A DNA stretch of 64,000 nt from IMG/VR virus record IMGVR_UViG_3300017971_000007, one strand, 5' to 3'. Positions 29,183-39,270 of this stretch are shown here, piece by piece. The stretch is from a virus. The position numbers and the translations under genes were made by a program. Position 1 is the stretch's first letter. Every line of letters starts with the position of its first letter. The notes below the pieces were generated by a model, which made no database searches, had not been told where the DNA came from, and worked only from the letters and a program-made list of their open reading frames with translations.

Positions 29183-29618
29183 TTCTATCTATCAACTCCC
29201 TATTCTCCAACACACATTCCAAAACCTTCAAATCCGTGCAGTCCCAACAGCATGTATCGCATTGAACTTGGGAGTGGATGAACTTCCAGTATTCGCATAT
29301 CGCTCCCTTTAGAACATTCCTATCTTTGTGTACAGGATTTAATTTGAATTGTTTCGGAGATTCCACTCCTCTTATCAAATCCATGAGTAGTTCCCTGCCC
29401 ATTCCCCTATGAATCACCTTCCACATTTCCTGTTCTTCTTTTAACGGAAGTCCGTGCAGGCACAACTCGACTAACTCACTGTCATTGAATTCATCCCACG
29501 GAATGTATGTTGTAGAATACTCAGTCTTTCCTCCTTTCTTTTTGTACTCCTGAATCAGGCAATATCTCTCATTTGTATGATTTGGTTCAGGAGGGAGTGA
29601 GGGTTCTATTTTACTCAT
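29175..29618 (-). CDS. hypothetical protein with C-terminal Cys cluster
   Basis: CDTCCWDC...EC; coupled to neighbours by overlaps. Confidence 0.6.
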   Translation of the reverse strand: MSKIEPSLPPEPNHTNERYCLIQEYKKKGGKTEYSTTYIPWDEFNDSELVELCLHGLPLKEEQEMWKVIHRGMGRELLMDLIRGVESPKQFKLNPVHKDRNVLKGAICEYWKFIHSQVQCDTCCWDCTDLKVLECVLENRELIDRNE

Positions 29619-30082
29619 GTACCACTCCTAAAACATCTTAGTGATACGTTTACGGAAGGTTCTCTAACGGTCTTGGTTTTTGCGCAAAACAAGACAAAAG
29701 TGGAACTATCATCTATCCCAGTCGCATACTTTATGGCGTCTTCAAGAAGTTTGATTCTATTGCTCAGGTCTATCCTCTTCCATTTTGAAGATGACTTTCC
29801 CTTCTCCCATCCCTTGTTTTGGATATCACTGAATTTGAAGACGAGATACAGACCGTATTGCTCAGATAAAGAGAACTTATTTAAAACGAGGTCACCTGAT
29901 TTGGATATAGTATTTACGGCTCTAGTCCTCCAAGCATATGCCTCTTTGGTCAAAGCTCTACCTTTTCCAGGTATGTTCCTGTATATCTTGTTGCTTGTGG
30001 GAGGCATGGGAAGTTCCACATCAACAACTGTTCTTGACTGGCATATGCCAGTCAAGATTCTGTCTATCTCTTTTTTGACCAT
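29615..30082 (-). CDS. rusA: RusA-like Holliday junction resolvase
   Basis: LPMPPTSN...; IDLSNRIKLLEDAI...GIDDS matches the RusA D.xN..K...DA....DD signature. Confidence 0.8.
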   Translation of the reverse strand: MVKKEIDRILTGICQSRTVVDVELPMPPTSNKIYRNIPGKGRALTKEAYAWRTRAVNTISKSGDLVLNKFSLSEQYGLYLVFKFSDIQNKGWEKGKSSSKWKRIDLSNRIKLLEDAIKYATGIDDSSTFVLFCAKTKTVREPSVNVSLRCFRSGT

Positions 30083-30747
30083 CTTTCCTCTCTTGTGGAG
30101 CGAGATTCCCCTCTGACTGGTTTCGTGTATTTGGAATCTCTGGAAAATCCAGATACACGTGCTCGTACCCGCTGTCTGTGATTTTCGATGAACGAGGCTC
30201 TATTGCCGTGCCTCTCCCCATCCAATGCAATAGTCACGTTTCTGGATACAGTCTTCAGTGTGGCATCGGCACAATTTACTATCGGCAGCATCAGGTCGTG
30301 CATACACTTCAGTTTCAACAATTCAGAATTAGCGTGGACATATCTCGCATCTACAATCTGTTTCGAGTCTTTCACCTTCTCTGTACCGTCTTTAGCCAAT
30401 CTGACCTTCGCGCTCACGAATTTGAATACCTCCTCAGCCTCCCTCATTCTCGATATCAGACATCCTAGTTGATGAGAGACGTATTCATAATACGTGTGAG
30501 CTACCAGATACAGCTCTCCGAGTTCCTGCCATGTAAGTTGTTGTAAATTTCTCGGTATGTGAGGAGAGCCGTTTTTGAAGAATTGTGAATCAGTGAATCC
30601 AGGTTTCTCCTTGACGTATATCCCCATGCGATGGAGCTCATCCATCGCTCTATCGGATACTCTATAGGAAGCGATTGCATCTGGAATATCCGCGTACGGC
30701 TTTCCGCTCATCAACTTCTTGGCTTTAGGAGAAATCCTATCTCTCAT
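30064..30747 (-). CDS. helical protein, possibly a UvsY-like recombination mediator
   Basis: Long amphipathic helices; lies between the Cas4-like nuclease and RusA in a recombination cluster. Family call is tentative. Confidence 0.4.
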   Translation of the reverse strand: MRDRISPKAKKLMSGKPYADIPDAIASYRVSDRAMDELHRMGIYVKEKPGFTDSQFFKNGSPHIPRNLQQLTWQELGELYLVAHTYYEYVSHQLGCLISRMREAEEVFKFVSAKVRLAKDGTEKVKDSKQIVDARYVHANSELLKLKCMHDLMLPIVNCADATLKTVSRNVTIALDGERHGNRASFIENHRQRVRARVSGFSRDSKYTKPVRGESRSTREERWSKKR

Positions 30748-31574
30748 TTTCTCTTTCTCCTGAAACCTTCTATTATGGTCTTCTTCCCTCTCGGATTGGG
30801 TTTACAGATATGGAAGTATCTGCACTCATAACAAAACATGCTGCATTCTCTAGGAGGAGGGGAGTTTTCTATGGCGGCCATTCTGACGAACAGTATTTTC
30901 TTGGATATCGCCTTCCATATTTCTGGATCAAATACTAGTGGAAACTCTAGAATAGATGATGTGTTCTTGTTGTAATACAGGATGTTCATCAGAGGGAGGT
31001 CCAAGCACGCCATGTAAAGCGTAGACTGGACAATGTGTTCTGGTTTCGGACCGTTTAGTTTGTCGAATAACTCGGTCTTGATGGATTTGATTTCTAGGCC
31101 GAATCTTATCTGATTCCCTAATTTTATCTCGAATATCCCATCTGTGGTTGAGACTATCTCCAGTCTATTCGCTTCCTGGCTGGTCTTCGGAGAAATGCCT
31201 ACTTCATCATTGAAGTCATATTCTTCGTTCGATCTCCTGGCTATTTCGTTCAAGTAAGCTTGTAGCTGTATATGTATTTGGGTTCCGGTATCGAAAATTC
31301 TCCTATTTCTCGGTTTCGTTCTTTGTACCGGTTCCTCTCCGATGTATCTGTAGTAAAGCATTCTTCCGCATCCCATGGGATATTTCCCACAAAGTGAGTG
31401 CCCGGTAGTCGAGCCTATATCGGATGCACTAAACACATACAAGCTTCTAGAGTTTTCTAGATTGAGGTCATCTAGATGTGAATCAATTCTCGGAAGAAGT
31501 TGGATCTCGGATTTCGCTTCTCTTATTTCTTCTGCGCTCAGTTCCTCCAGTTCTTTTATCGTCCTTACTTTCAT
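30744..31574 (-). CDS. Cas4-like PD-(D/E)xK exonuclease with probable Fe-S cluster
   Basis: SASDIG...CGR.LYY, GTQIH, TDG..., LEIKS, Q..LYM, C-terminal C...C..C.....C. Confidence 0.8.
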   Translation of the reverse strand: MKVRTIKELEELSAEEIREAKSEIQLLPRIDSHLDDLNLENSRSLYVFSASDIGSTTGHSLCGKYPMGCGRMLYYRYIGEEPVQRTKPRNRRIFDTGTQIHIQLQAYLNEIARRSNEEYDFNDEVGISPKTSQEANRLEIVSTTDGIFEIKLGNQIRFGLEIKSIKTELFDKLNGPKPEHIVQSTLYMACLDLPLMNILYYNKNTSSILEFPLVFDPEIWKAISKKILFVRMAAIENSPPPRECSMFCYECRYFHICKPNPRGKKTIIEGFRRKRK

Positions 31575-32076
31575 TAACCATCTCCAGAAATATTTGAAGG
31601 GGAATTACAGCAAAAGATTGCCCGGCTTTCTTGAATTCCACGACCAGAACAGGAATTTCATCTCCTGTAGCTTGGTCAGAGATTTTAGACAAGTAAGAAA
31701 GTTTTAGAGGCCACTGTCTCTCATTGTCCGTGAATTTGTGCTCTATCCTAAGTTTTCCCTGAACTCTTACATCTCCTTTCGCGCCACTCAGTTCCACATT
31801 CCCAGAACCTGGCTGTCTTCTGCCCCCTACAGATTCAGCTAATCTGCTTTCCAGGTCATGAGAACTTCTGATTCTTTGCTTTCTTTCTTTTATCTTGACT
31901 CTATCAGCGGCAGGCTTGGGTGTTATCAAGTTCAATTCAAGCGAGAATTCACTATCCTGTAAACATCGGTGACAGATATAGATTACAGTGTCCGGCATCT
32001 TTATCGCTACGGTGTCCCCGACCCTCTTGCAAATTAAGCATCTATGACCGTAATCCGCAGCTTCTATACGAGTCAT
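31483..32076 (-). CDS. zinc finger plus PD-(D/E)xK (Hjc-like) nuclease
   Basis: CLIC...CHRC N-terminus; E..LA...GG.RQPGSG...KGDV...IEHK catalytic pattern. Confidence 0.7.
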   Translation of the reverse strand: MTRIEAADYGHRCLICKRVGDTVAIKMPDTVIYICHRCLQDSEFSLELNLITPKPAADRVKIKERKQRIRSSHDLESRLAESVGGRRQPGSGNVELSGAKGDVRVQGKLRIEHKFTDNERQWPLKLSYLSKISDQATGDEIPVLVVEFKKAGQSFAVIPLQIFLEMVNESKDDKRTGGTERRRNKRSEIRDPTSSEN

Positions 32077-33443
32077 ATAAACCTCACATGCGCTAGTCCG
32101 GAGTCTATGTATGCTTTATCCAGCAACGAATCAAACAGCTCACGGTTGTTCTCTAATTCGGATATGAGCTTTCCCTTGCCGTGGATATTCTTTCCCAGGA
32201 CTTTGTAGTGCCCAGACCCGTCCCCTTCAATTAATCCAAGTTTTCTGGACAGATCAATTAAGTCCGTTACAACATCCGCTTCCAATGGAGAGAAATACAG
32301 ATTGAACGCGCCTTTGGCCTTTTCTCTCGCTCCTCCTTTAGCTTTTCTTATCTCCCAGTTTATCTCCTTTCCGATTATTTCATCGCTCTTCATTTTTATG
32401 AACGGGCCGGGATGCATGCTCACGCGAATGTGATACAGATGGTTAAGCATCCTCGCTCCGGTAGCATCATACGGGCGACCCATTACTTTGCCAGTTGTTC
32501 TTATTTTCGCCCTAACCTGTCTGATGCAATAAATCGTTGTCTCGTTTATCTCTACAGCTGGGTAGAGACCCTTCCAGTCAGAGCATTTTCCGCAGGTGTA
32601 ATGGTACTTCCCTTCGTTTGAATTGATAACTTTTTTAGATACGGGAAGATGCCCACATTTTGGGCATCTGTAGACAGGTCCCAAAGAATCTAAGATTTTC
32701 TTTCCCCATCTAGTCTGTAGCATGGAGGAAGACGCTATTTGGGGAATCTCATCCAAATCAGATGTTTCCTCTTGAGCCGTTATCATCGCATCCCAGGAAT
32801 CTATACCTATCATTTGGTAGATATTGGTACTGGCTGCTTTGACTAATCCATCTAAGACACTCTCCGTATCACTGTCAAAAATGTGGAAAGCCCCGACTTT
32901 TTCGCAGCTTATTGCCTCCTTAATTTCTTCCTTTGTTAGAGGGGGCTCGCCTCTTCTCTTTCTGGCCCTTTGTGATACAGCCACGTCATATTCGGACATC
33001 GAAATCTTGCATCCACATTGTTGGGCAAACTGTTTATCGACAAATGATTCGAAACAGGCCATCCCCAAACATGACTTATCTCCATATCTTCTCTGTATCT
33101 CAGCGAAGTGCTTATAAAGCAGAAAGTTCTTCCCGATACCTTCAGGGCCGTCAAATTGATGAACCTTTCCTGCGATGAGACCTCCACCAGCGGCTATATC
33201 CAAACTCGGTATGCCGCTTGGTCTGCGGAGATCACTTACATCCCAGGCGTTGTTGGCTGACCTAACGACTGGCCCATAATCACCGTACCTCATATTTATG
33301 TCGCGGATGACCTCGTCCGGAGTCGGTTTGGGGAACTTATTCCAGGTACTAGGGTCTCTTACTTCGTAAGCTTCCTCAGCAGTTTCAGTCTTAGGCTCTT
33401 TAGGTTTCTTGGTTGGTTGCTTTTTCGACTTAGTCTTTCTCAT
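32073..33443 (-). CDS. recA: RecA/UvsX-like recombinase with zinc-ribbon insertion
   Basis: SGIPSLDIAAGGGL..GK, Walker A GPEGIGKN, IGIDSW, IRQVR, ATGARML. Start reassigned to the ATG at 33443 (GAGGAG RBS). Confidence 0.85.
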   Translation of the reverse strand: MRKTKSKKQPTKKPKEPKTETAEEAYEVRDPSTWNKFPKPTPDEVIRDINMRYGDYGPVVRSANNAWDVSDLRRPSGIPSLDIAAGGGLIAGKVHQFDGPEGIGKNFLLYKHFAEIQRRYGDKSCLGMACFESFVDKQFAQQCGCKISMSEYDVAVSQRARKRRGEPPLTKEEIKEAISCEKVGAFHIFDSDTESVLDGLVKAASTNIYQMIGIDSWDAMITAQEETSDLDEIPQIASSSMLQTRWGKKILDSLGPVYRCPKCGHLPVSKKVINSNEGKYHYTCGKCSDWKGLYPAVEINETTIYCIRQVRAKIRTTGKVMGRPYDATGARMLNHLYHIRVSMHPGPFIKMKSDEIIGKEINWEIRKAKGGAREKAKGAFNLYFSPLEADVVTDLIDLSRKLGLIEGDGSGHYKVLGKNIHGKGKLISELENNRELFDSLLDKAYIDSGLAHVRFI

Positions 33444-33591
33444 CCGTCTCCTCAAAAGGTTCTGTGCCTTTATCTGGGTCATAAGGGACGTTTATTTTCG
33501 GGTTATTGTATGGTTTTCGTTCTTCTCCTTTTTTGGAAATCTTCTCTCTTTCCACCTTATCTGGGTCTATCTTCACGCCATATTTTTCCAT
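33430..33591 (-). CDS. small hypothetical protein
   Basis: MEKYGVKIDPDKVEREKIS...GTEPFEETDEKD; GGAG RBS before the ATG at 33591. Confidence 0.55.
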   Translation of the reverse strand: MEKYGVKIDPDKVEREKISKKGEERKPYNNPKINVPYDPDKGTEPFEETDEKD

Positions 33592-33602
33592 TGTGTCTCC
33601 TT

Positions 33603-35609
33603 CTAATGGGCTTGAGCCCACGATTCTCCTCGTCCCACGTCAACATCTAGCGGGACAGATAATTCTCTGAAGTTAAGTCCTAGTCTCTCTGGTATATCTT
33701 GAAGCGGTCTAGACATTATGTTTTTAATTCTTCCGCATGCTTCATCTAGATTCTCATTAGGAATCTCAAAGAGGATTTCATCGTGGACTTGCAGAAGTTG
33801 CTCTACTCCAAGATTTTTTAATCCACTATCATTTTCTGTGAGGATTTGGGCCAATTTTGCTATTTCTGCCGCCGTTCCTTGAATTCTGGAATTCACATCC
33901 TGACGTAGAGCTCTAGAGGCCAGAGGACCAGGTCTCTCTGGTAACATTTCTCTTGTCTTGTAATCGTATTGAGGTTCAAGCCAATCAGAATCAGCATCAA
34001 CCAATCTGCGCAATCTGCCTAGCAGTGTATCAACCTGGAGTTCGTATCTGCATCTTCTGTGCGTCTCTTCTATGAATTCCTGGACCTGCGGGAAAGGTTC
34101 GAAGAACTTCATTTTCCTGATACCGGCTTCTTCCCTGCTTATGCCTAGTTTTTTAGCTAGTGCATCGTCACCTTGTCCGTACACGATTCCAAAACCGATG
34201 GTCTTAGAATCCTGGCGATAGCCAACTATTCTAGGCACCCATTCAGGCCATTCAAGCTTGTCTATCTTCAGCCCTGACAGTCTCTTCTTCTCATTCTGAG
34301 CCTCTATTATTTTCTCGTAGGGAGTGTCGTACATAAGACTCGCGGTTCCACTGTGTATATCCCATCCCTTTCTGATAACGTTTCTCATGTTCTCGTCCCC
34401 AGAAAGGTCAGCAAGAATCCGCATTTCTAATTGTTCGTAATCAGCTGCTACTAGTGTGTATCCAGGTCTTGGGATGAAAGCTCCTCGTATAACCCAAATA
34501 TCATCAGCAGGCCTCTTGAGATTTTGAAGATTAGGGTCCTTCGAGGACGTTCTTCCAGTAACAGCAATATGCTGCTGGATTTTGGTGTGGATGCGACAGT
34601 TCTTGTCCTGTCTGGACAGCATACCGTCTACGTACGTACCTATTATTTTAGCCAGTTCCCTGTGTTTCAGAAGAATCTTGGAACACTCACATCCTTCTTT
34701 GGCCCATATCTTTAGCACATTCACGTCGACAGACGGCTGTCTGTTTCCGCTTTCTCCTCCAGATGTCCACTTCAAAGGCTTGTGCCCGAGCCTGTTAATA
34801 AATACATCAATCAGCTGTTTCGGTGATTGTAGATTTACCTCCTTTCCGGCTTTCTTAGCGAACATGTGTTCTAGCTTTCGCATCTCTTTTTCTATCGGAA
34901 CTCGAATCCATTTTAAGTACCAACTCTCTACTCTCACCCCCCTTCGGATGTTGTGGTAGAGAACTTTTGTATAGGGAGCCTCAATTCCCACAAAATAGTC
35001 CCACAAGGTTATTCCTGTCCTGAGTTTTGTGGATTCGAGTTTCTGTCGCAGAAACTTATGAACGGCTAGGGATGCGAATGCGTCGAGTGAGGCATAGTCT
35101 ATAGCTTTATCAGGTTCAGTATCCATTATTCGGAGAAGTGTATCCTGATAAGTCTCTTTCCCTCTTTTCTTGAAGACGGACTTGAACTCATTCATGTTCA
35201 GACTGAGGTGGTCTTTTGCCGTCTCTTTTAAACCATGCCTTCCAGTACGATTCTCGTCATATAACGCATCCATTACTAAAGTACAGTGAATCTGACCAGC
35301 AAGCAGCGGAACCCCAGAGTTCGCCATCATGCAGTTGTCAAAATTCGCATTTGTCATTGCCCATGTAATGGACGGGTCATTGCCTAGCTCCTCTTTGAGA
35401 ATTCTGAGCATCCGTCTGGACAGGCAATACCTCTTATTAAGACTAGGACAGAGACTCCAGAAAAGGACACTGTCTGTCATCCAGTTATCCTTTCCTGTTG
35501 TCTCTGTATCGATGCCGCACTCTTTCGTATCCCTTATCTCTCTGCAGATTTGCTGCATTCTGTATGGGTCATCTACCCATTCTGGTAAGGGAACGTCTTT
35601 ATGAAGCAT
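33603..35609 (-). CDS. polA: family A DNA polymerase (3'-5' exonuclease plus polymerase, no 5' nuclease)
   Basis: Exo I GIDTETTG; TGRTSSKDPNLQN; motif A AADYEQLEMRILA; motif B RQDSKTIGFGIVYG; motif C QVHDEILFE. Confidence 0.95.
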   Translation of the reverse strand: MLHKDVPLPEWVDDPYRMQQICREIRDTKECGIDTETTGKDNWMTDSVLFWSLCPSLNKRYCLSRRMLRILKEELGNDPSITWAMTNANFDNCMMANSGVPLLAGQIHCTLVMDALYDENRTGRHGLKETAKDHLSLNMNEFKSVFKKRGKETYQDTLLRIMDTEPDKAIDYASLDAFASLAVHKFLRQKLESTKLRTGITLWDYFVGIEAPYTKVLYHNIRRGVRVESWYLKWIRVPIEKEMRKLEHMFAKKAGKEVNLQSPKQLIDVFINRLGHKPLKWTSGGESGNRQPSVDVNVLKIWAKEGCECSKILLKHRELAKIIGTYVDGMLSRQDKNCRIHTKIQQHIAVTGRTSSKDPNLQNLKRPADDIWVIRGAFIPRPGYTLVAADYEQLEMRILADLSGDENMRNVIRKGWDIHSGTASLMYDTPYEKIIEAQNEKKRLSGLKIDKLEWPEWVPRIVGYRQDSKTIGFGIVYGQGDDALAKKLGISREEAGIRKMKFFEPFPQVQEFIEETHRRCRYELQVDTLLGRLRRLVDADSDWLEPQYDYKTREMLPERPGPLASRALRQDVNSRIQGTAAEIAKLAQILTENDSGLKNLGVEQLLQVHDEILFEIPNENLDEACGRIKNIMSRPLQDIPERLGLNFRELSVPLDVDVGRGESWAQAH

Positions 35610-35611
35610 GT

Positions 35612-36751
35612 TTAATACTCGATGTCATCGTCATCGTATTCAACAGTTTCATCCTCATCTCTTACATAATCTGCGGTATCCCTTCTTTCTCCCGCCCACG
35701 GGTCCTTTACCTTCAACATCTTCAATTGATAATCAATAGGGTCTCCGCAGAACGCTCTGTGAAGGTTGTCTTCGTGCTTATCTAATAGAGGAAGAACGCG
35801 CTCGTCAGGTTCCTGGACATAATATCTGCTGATGTGTATCTGAGATTGGGTGGCTTCACCGGTTTTGTATACCTCGAAGTCCACATCCCAAATTTGGACA
35901 GATTCGGCCTTATCACATTTGTCACAGAATTTGACAGGCATCAGCTCTACTACGTTCTTGCATTTTGGGCAGTCGTAGAATTCTGTCACGATGTTATAGA
36001 TTTCCTCGTTAGATAATTCTTCTGAAGACTCGTCAGTAAGGTCCAGGGCTTCATACCCGCATTCCGGGCATTCGTAAACTGGGATTTCTATTCTTCCTCC
36101 ACACGTACACTCGCGTTCAACTTCAGAGAGGGCAGCCGTAACTTGGTCGTAGTGCATGGGACCGAGACTCCAATGAAGAATCTGGCCGAATACCTTGTCG
36201 TACTTTTTAAGATTCGCTCTTCCAATATCCTTTATTGCAGTGGCCTTGTTGACGAGATGGTAGATGACATCACCGGCTTTATGATCTTTAGTGTTTCTTG
36301 TGTATTTTACCGTCCTCCCGTTTTTCTCAAACTTCGGGATTTCGTAGTACCAATCATAATGAACGATGCTGAACGCTTTAGCATGTCTGACACTCGTGTT
36401 TTTGCTTCCATCCTCAATCATGTAACAGGACACGCACTTACCTTCAGAATAGAGCTCGCCGTCAGTATCTCTCTTCCATATTCTTGAGCACACATGTCCT
36501 TTCTTGACCGTGGCGTTGAAGTGGTCTGCGTATTCGAAGTAGGGGACCGACGCCTTGTCGTATCCGACGTAATTTCCAGGTATCAGTCTTATAAGAGCAG
36601 GCTTTACACTTCCTATAGGAGGGTTAAACCTCTTCCCGAATCTTATGTTCAACCACGGTTTGTTCTGTTGCTTGGCTTTGGTTCTAGCAGCCTGATTTCT
36701 CATGCGATGACCAGCATCTTTGTGCTTCCGTCTTGCGTCTCTGTATCCCAT
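35612..36751 (-). CDS. probable single-stranded DNA-binding protein with zinc ribbons
   Basis: Lies between primase and polymerase; several CxxC pairs; strongly acidic tail DEDETVEYDDDDIEY. Confidence 0.55.
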   Translation of the reverse strand: MGYRDARRKHKDAGHRMRNQAARTKAKQQNKPWLNIRFGKRFNPPIGSVKPALIRLIPGNYVGYDKASVPYFEYADHFNATVKKGHVCSRIWKRDTDGELYSEGKCVSCYMIEDGSKNTSVRHAKAFSIVHYDWYYEIPKFEKNGRTVKYTRNTKDHKAGDVIYHLVNKATAIKDIGRANLKKYDKVFGQILHWSLGPMHYDQVTAALSEVERECTCGGRIEIPVYECPECGYEALDLTDESSEELSNEEIYNIVTEFYDCPKCKNVVELMPVKFCDKCDKAESVQIWDVDFEVYKTGEATQSQIHISRYYVQEPDERVLPLLDKHEDNLHRAFCGDPIDYQLKMLKVKDPWAGERRDTADYVRDEDETVEYDDDDIEY

Positions 36752-37745
36752 TTCTTCTCCATTTAGAAAATGGTTGTGCTGATTCTACAACACCAATTAG
36801 CTCATTTTTGTTCAAGCTATCCGGTTGCTCGTCTCCAATACAACGAGTTGGATACGTGCACACCCTCACTCTATTAGACCTTCTAAGTCTTAATCCGGCA
36901 TCCATTACACCTTTTCTGGCGGAGTCCGTATTATCTAGAAATATCAATATCTCCGCATCTAGTCTCTGAAGTAGCATTTGTTGGGTACTAGAGAGATAGG
37001 TCCCCATTATGGCGACCGTGTCCTTGAATCCATTCTGAATCATCCATAGAGCGGCCTTGTATCCTTCAACGACAACCACCCTACCTACTTCGACATTCCT
37101 TCTGAAGGATAGGGGGTAGATGTTATGCATGTTCCATAGATGATGCCTCTTCTCGAATCTGTGATTGGCGTAGGCTTCGTTAAATATCGCCAAGTCATTC
37201 CCTGTATAGTTCTTGTATCTCGGGGATTCGTCTATGACTGTCCTCCCAGCTATTCCGACTAGCAGCCCGAGATGATTTCTTATAGGAAACGTTATCCTTA
37301 GATTCTGCTTGTCGAACCCAACATCGTACTTTTTAAGTACTTGGATATCAAATCCCGCATCCAGTAGAACTTTCGGGCAATAATCGAAGATACCGAGAAT
37401 GGCCTCACTCAATATCATTTGATCCCTAAACGGGTCCCTGATATCTGCCATCCTCTTCCTGTCCCCTCTTTTTTCAATCTGAGAGGACATGGACTTCATG
37501 ACTGATTCTCGGAGTCTTCTGGGGGCTTTCACCTCCTTCAGAAAAGTGAACAAAGAACCCTTTGTCTGACACGAATGACAGATGAATAGACCGTTCATAA
37601 GGGACATATAGAACGCGCCTTCACTAGACTCCGAATGGAATGGACACGCTCCGTAGATGTTCTTTCCGTCTGACGACCTTTTCCACCATTTCAAATATTT
37701 GTTTGCTAGTTCTTCGACAACATCAGATACATCATCCATATCCAT
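36684..37745 (-). CDS. dnaG: DnaG-type DNA primase (CHC2 zinc finger plus TOPRIM)
   Basis: ACPFH...CHSC; RITFPI...GIAGR...PRYKN; VVVEGY; IFLDN. Confidence 0.9.
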   Translation of the reverse strand: MDMDDVSDVVEELANKYLKWWKRSSDGKNIYGACPFHSESSEGAFYMSLMNGLFICHSCQTKGSLFTFLKEVKAPRRLRESVMKSMSSQIEKRGDRKRMADIRDPFRDQMILSEAILGIFDYCPKVLLDAGFDIQVLKKYDVGFDKQNLRITFPIRNHLGLLVGIAGRTVIDESPRYKNYTGNDLAIFNEAYANHRFEKRHHLWNMHNIYPLSFRRNVEVGRVVVVEGYKAALWMIQNGFKDTVAIMGTYLSSTQQMLLQRLDAEILIFLDNTDSARKGVMDAGLRLRRSNRVRVCTYPTRCIGDEQPDSLNKNELIGVVESAQPFSKWRRNGIQRRKTEAQRCWSSHEKSGC

Positions 37746-39198
37746 CTTTCCTTTTCTGAAAAGAGTCAGTTTTTAGATGACGTCTTTTGTTTATCTCGTT
37801 CGCCGCCTCCTGTTCTTCTTTGGCCATGGCTTCTGCTTCTGCTTTGAAAACAGCCTGTAGTTGGATAGTTGAGCGATAGGCTTTAATCAAATTAAATCTG
37901 GTAGCGGGCTCGACATCTAACAGTATCCCAGGAAATTTAAATTGCCTGGCACCGGTCACGACCAAAGTAAGATGAAGAGAGCCGTCTGGTTGCTCGAGAA
38001 GAACGGTTCTAAAGACTTCATCGGCATACTGCCCGAATGCATCTGAGAATGCCAATTCAGACATCGAGGTTCCTTTTGTTTCATCTCCTTTCCTGTTTGC
38101 TTGGGTAGATACTACAATCGGTATCTTCTTGGATTTAGCCTGCTCTTTGAGGGTCCCACATACGTATCTTATTTGTTCGTGGTGTGCTTTTTTGGACATA
38201 CTATCCGCGGCAGTGTAAATGGAATCAGCTAAAACGATGTCAGGGTCGTATTCGTCGATTTTCGATATAAGACAGGACATCCTAGCGCTGAGGGATGTTC
38301 CGCTATCAGCCGCACTAGTGAATAGTATTCCGGCATTCTTTCCCTTCTTTCTCAGTCTCTTTTCTTCGCGATTTAGGGACCTGAGTACGTATAGATAGTC
38401 TTCCTCATCATCCTGCGATAGCTTTCCGCTCAATACCTGCTCATAACTAACTCTAGCTATCCTGGCTGCCGTTCTCTCCATCAATTCCAGATGACCCATC
38501 TCCCCACTAAAGAATAAGCACTTGCAATTCTGTCTGGAGTAGCATTCATCTAGGATGTCTACCAAAATCCAAGTCTTCATCGATTTCGGTCTTCCGTAGA
38601 CTACCGTCAGATGTTCTCTTTGGATGCCTCTCGTCGCCTCATTCATCGGATGCTTATGAGAACCATTAGGATTCAACTTAGGTCTTCCGTTATCATCCAT
38701 ATACCCCCATCCTTTCGGATAAGGCAGGCCTATCAATCCTCCAACTTCTTTTGCAAACAGATATCTCCTCTCCAGCTCGTCTCCAGAGGCAGCAAAAAAT
38801 TTATCATCGATACCGTTAGAAGATCTTAGGTTTCTAAGCCCTTCCATTAGCCCGTTTAAGGCTACATCCGGGTCTTGTAGATCTGAGGATGCGTCTTCTA
38901 TGATTTCTTCAATCTTCCTTCTCTTCCAAGATTGAATCAGCTCTTTGCACAGTGCTTTTACGGTAAGTCTTCCTGGATGAGGCATCTCCAAGGCGGGATG
39001 ATTTTCTTCGATTATGTCTAGCGTAGGAACTAGATTTCTCGTGTCTCTGCCGTTGTAGTAAGAAAGTATATCCTCGAATACCAATCTCGCTTCACTAGAA
39101 CCAAATTTTGAGGCGTCTATTCCATAATTCAATACAGTTTTCAGGTCTCCCGTCTCTATTATTTTGCTTAGTAATTGAAATTCTATGTTAGCGGCCAT
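37732..39198 (-). CDS. dnaB: DnaB-like (SF4) replicative helicase
   Basis: YGRPKSMKT Walker A variant, FFSGEM, IVLADS, STQANR, LAFSDAFGQYAD. Confidence 0.85.
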   Translation of the reverse strand: MAANIEFQLLSKIIETGDLKTVLNYGIDASKFGSSEARLVFEDILSYYNGRDTRNLVPTLDIIEENHPALEMPHPGRLTVKALCKELIQSWKRRKIEEIIEDASSDLQDPDVALNGLMEGLRNLRSSNGIDDKFFAASGDELERRYLFAKEVGGLIGLPYPKGWGYMDDNGRPKLNPNGSHKHPMNEATRGIQREHLTVVYGRPKSMKTWILVDILDECYSRQNCKCLFFSGEMGHLELMERTAARIARVSYEQVLSGKLSQDDEEDYLYVLRSLNREEKRLRKKGKNAGILFTSAADSGTSLSARMSCLISKIDEYDPDIVLADSIYTAADSMSKKAHHEQIRYVCGTLKEQAKSKKIPIVVSTQANRKGDETKGTSMSELAFSDAFGQYADEVFRTVLLEQPDGSLHLTLVVTGARQFKFPGILLDVEPATRFNLIKAYRSTIQLQAVFKAEAEAMAKEEQEAANEINKRRHLKTDSFQKRKDGYG

Positions 39199-39234
39199 GT
39201 AATACCTTCGAGATTCAGCATGATTCCTCCGATA

Positions 39235-39258
39235 GAGGTCCCTCTTCCGAAGGACCTC
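39235..39258. other. intergenic hairpin between the DUF932-like gene and the helicase
   Basis: gaggtcc...ggacctc inverted repeat; no clear U tract. Confidence 0.35.
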
Positions 39259-39270
39259 CGTGAGATGGTC

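Noticed and set aside
28337-29312. Plus-strand ORFs (e.g. 28637..29281, Ser/Phe-rich)
   Set aside because: Antisense shadows of the Lys/Glu-rich minus-strand gene; the same applies to most short opposite-strand ORFs in the track (e.g. 14417..15061, 53592..54173).
30744-31574. CRISPR-Cas system suggested by a Cas4-like gene
   Set aside because: No other cas genes or array; stand-alone Cas4-like nucleases are common in phage recombination modules.
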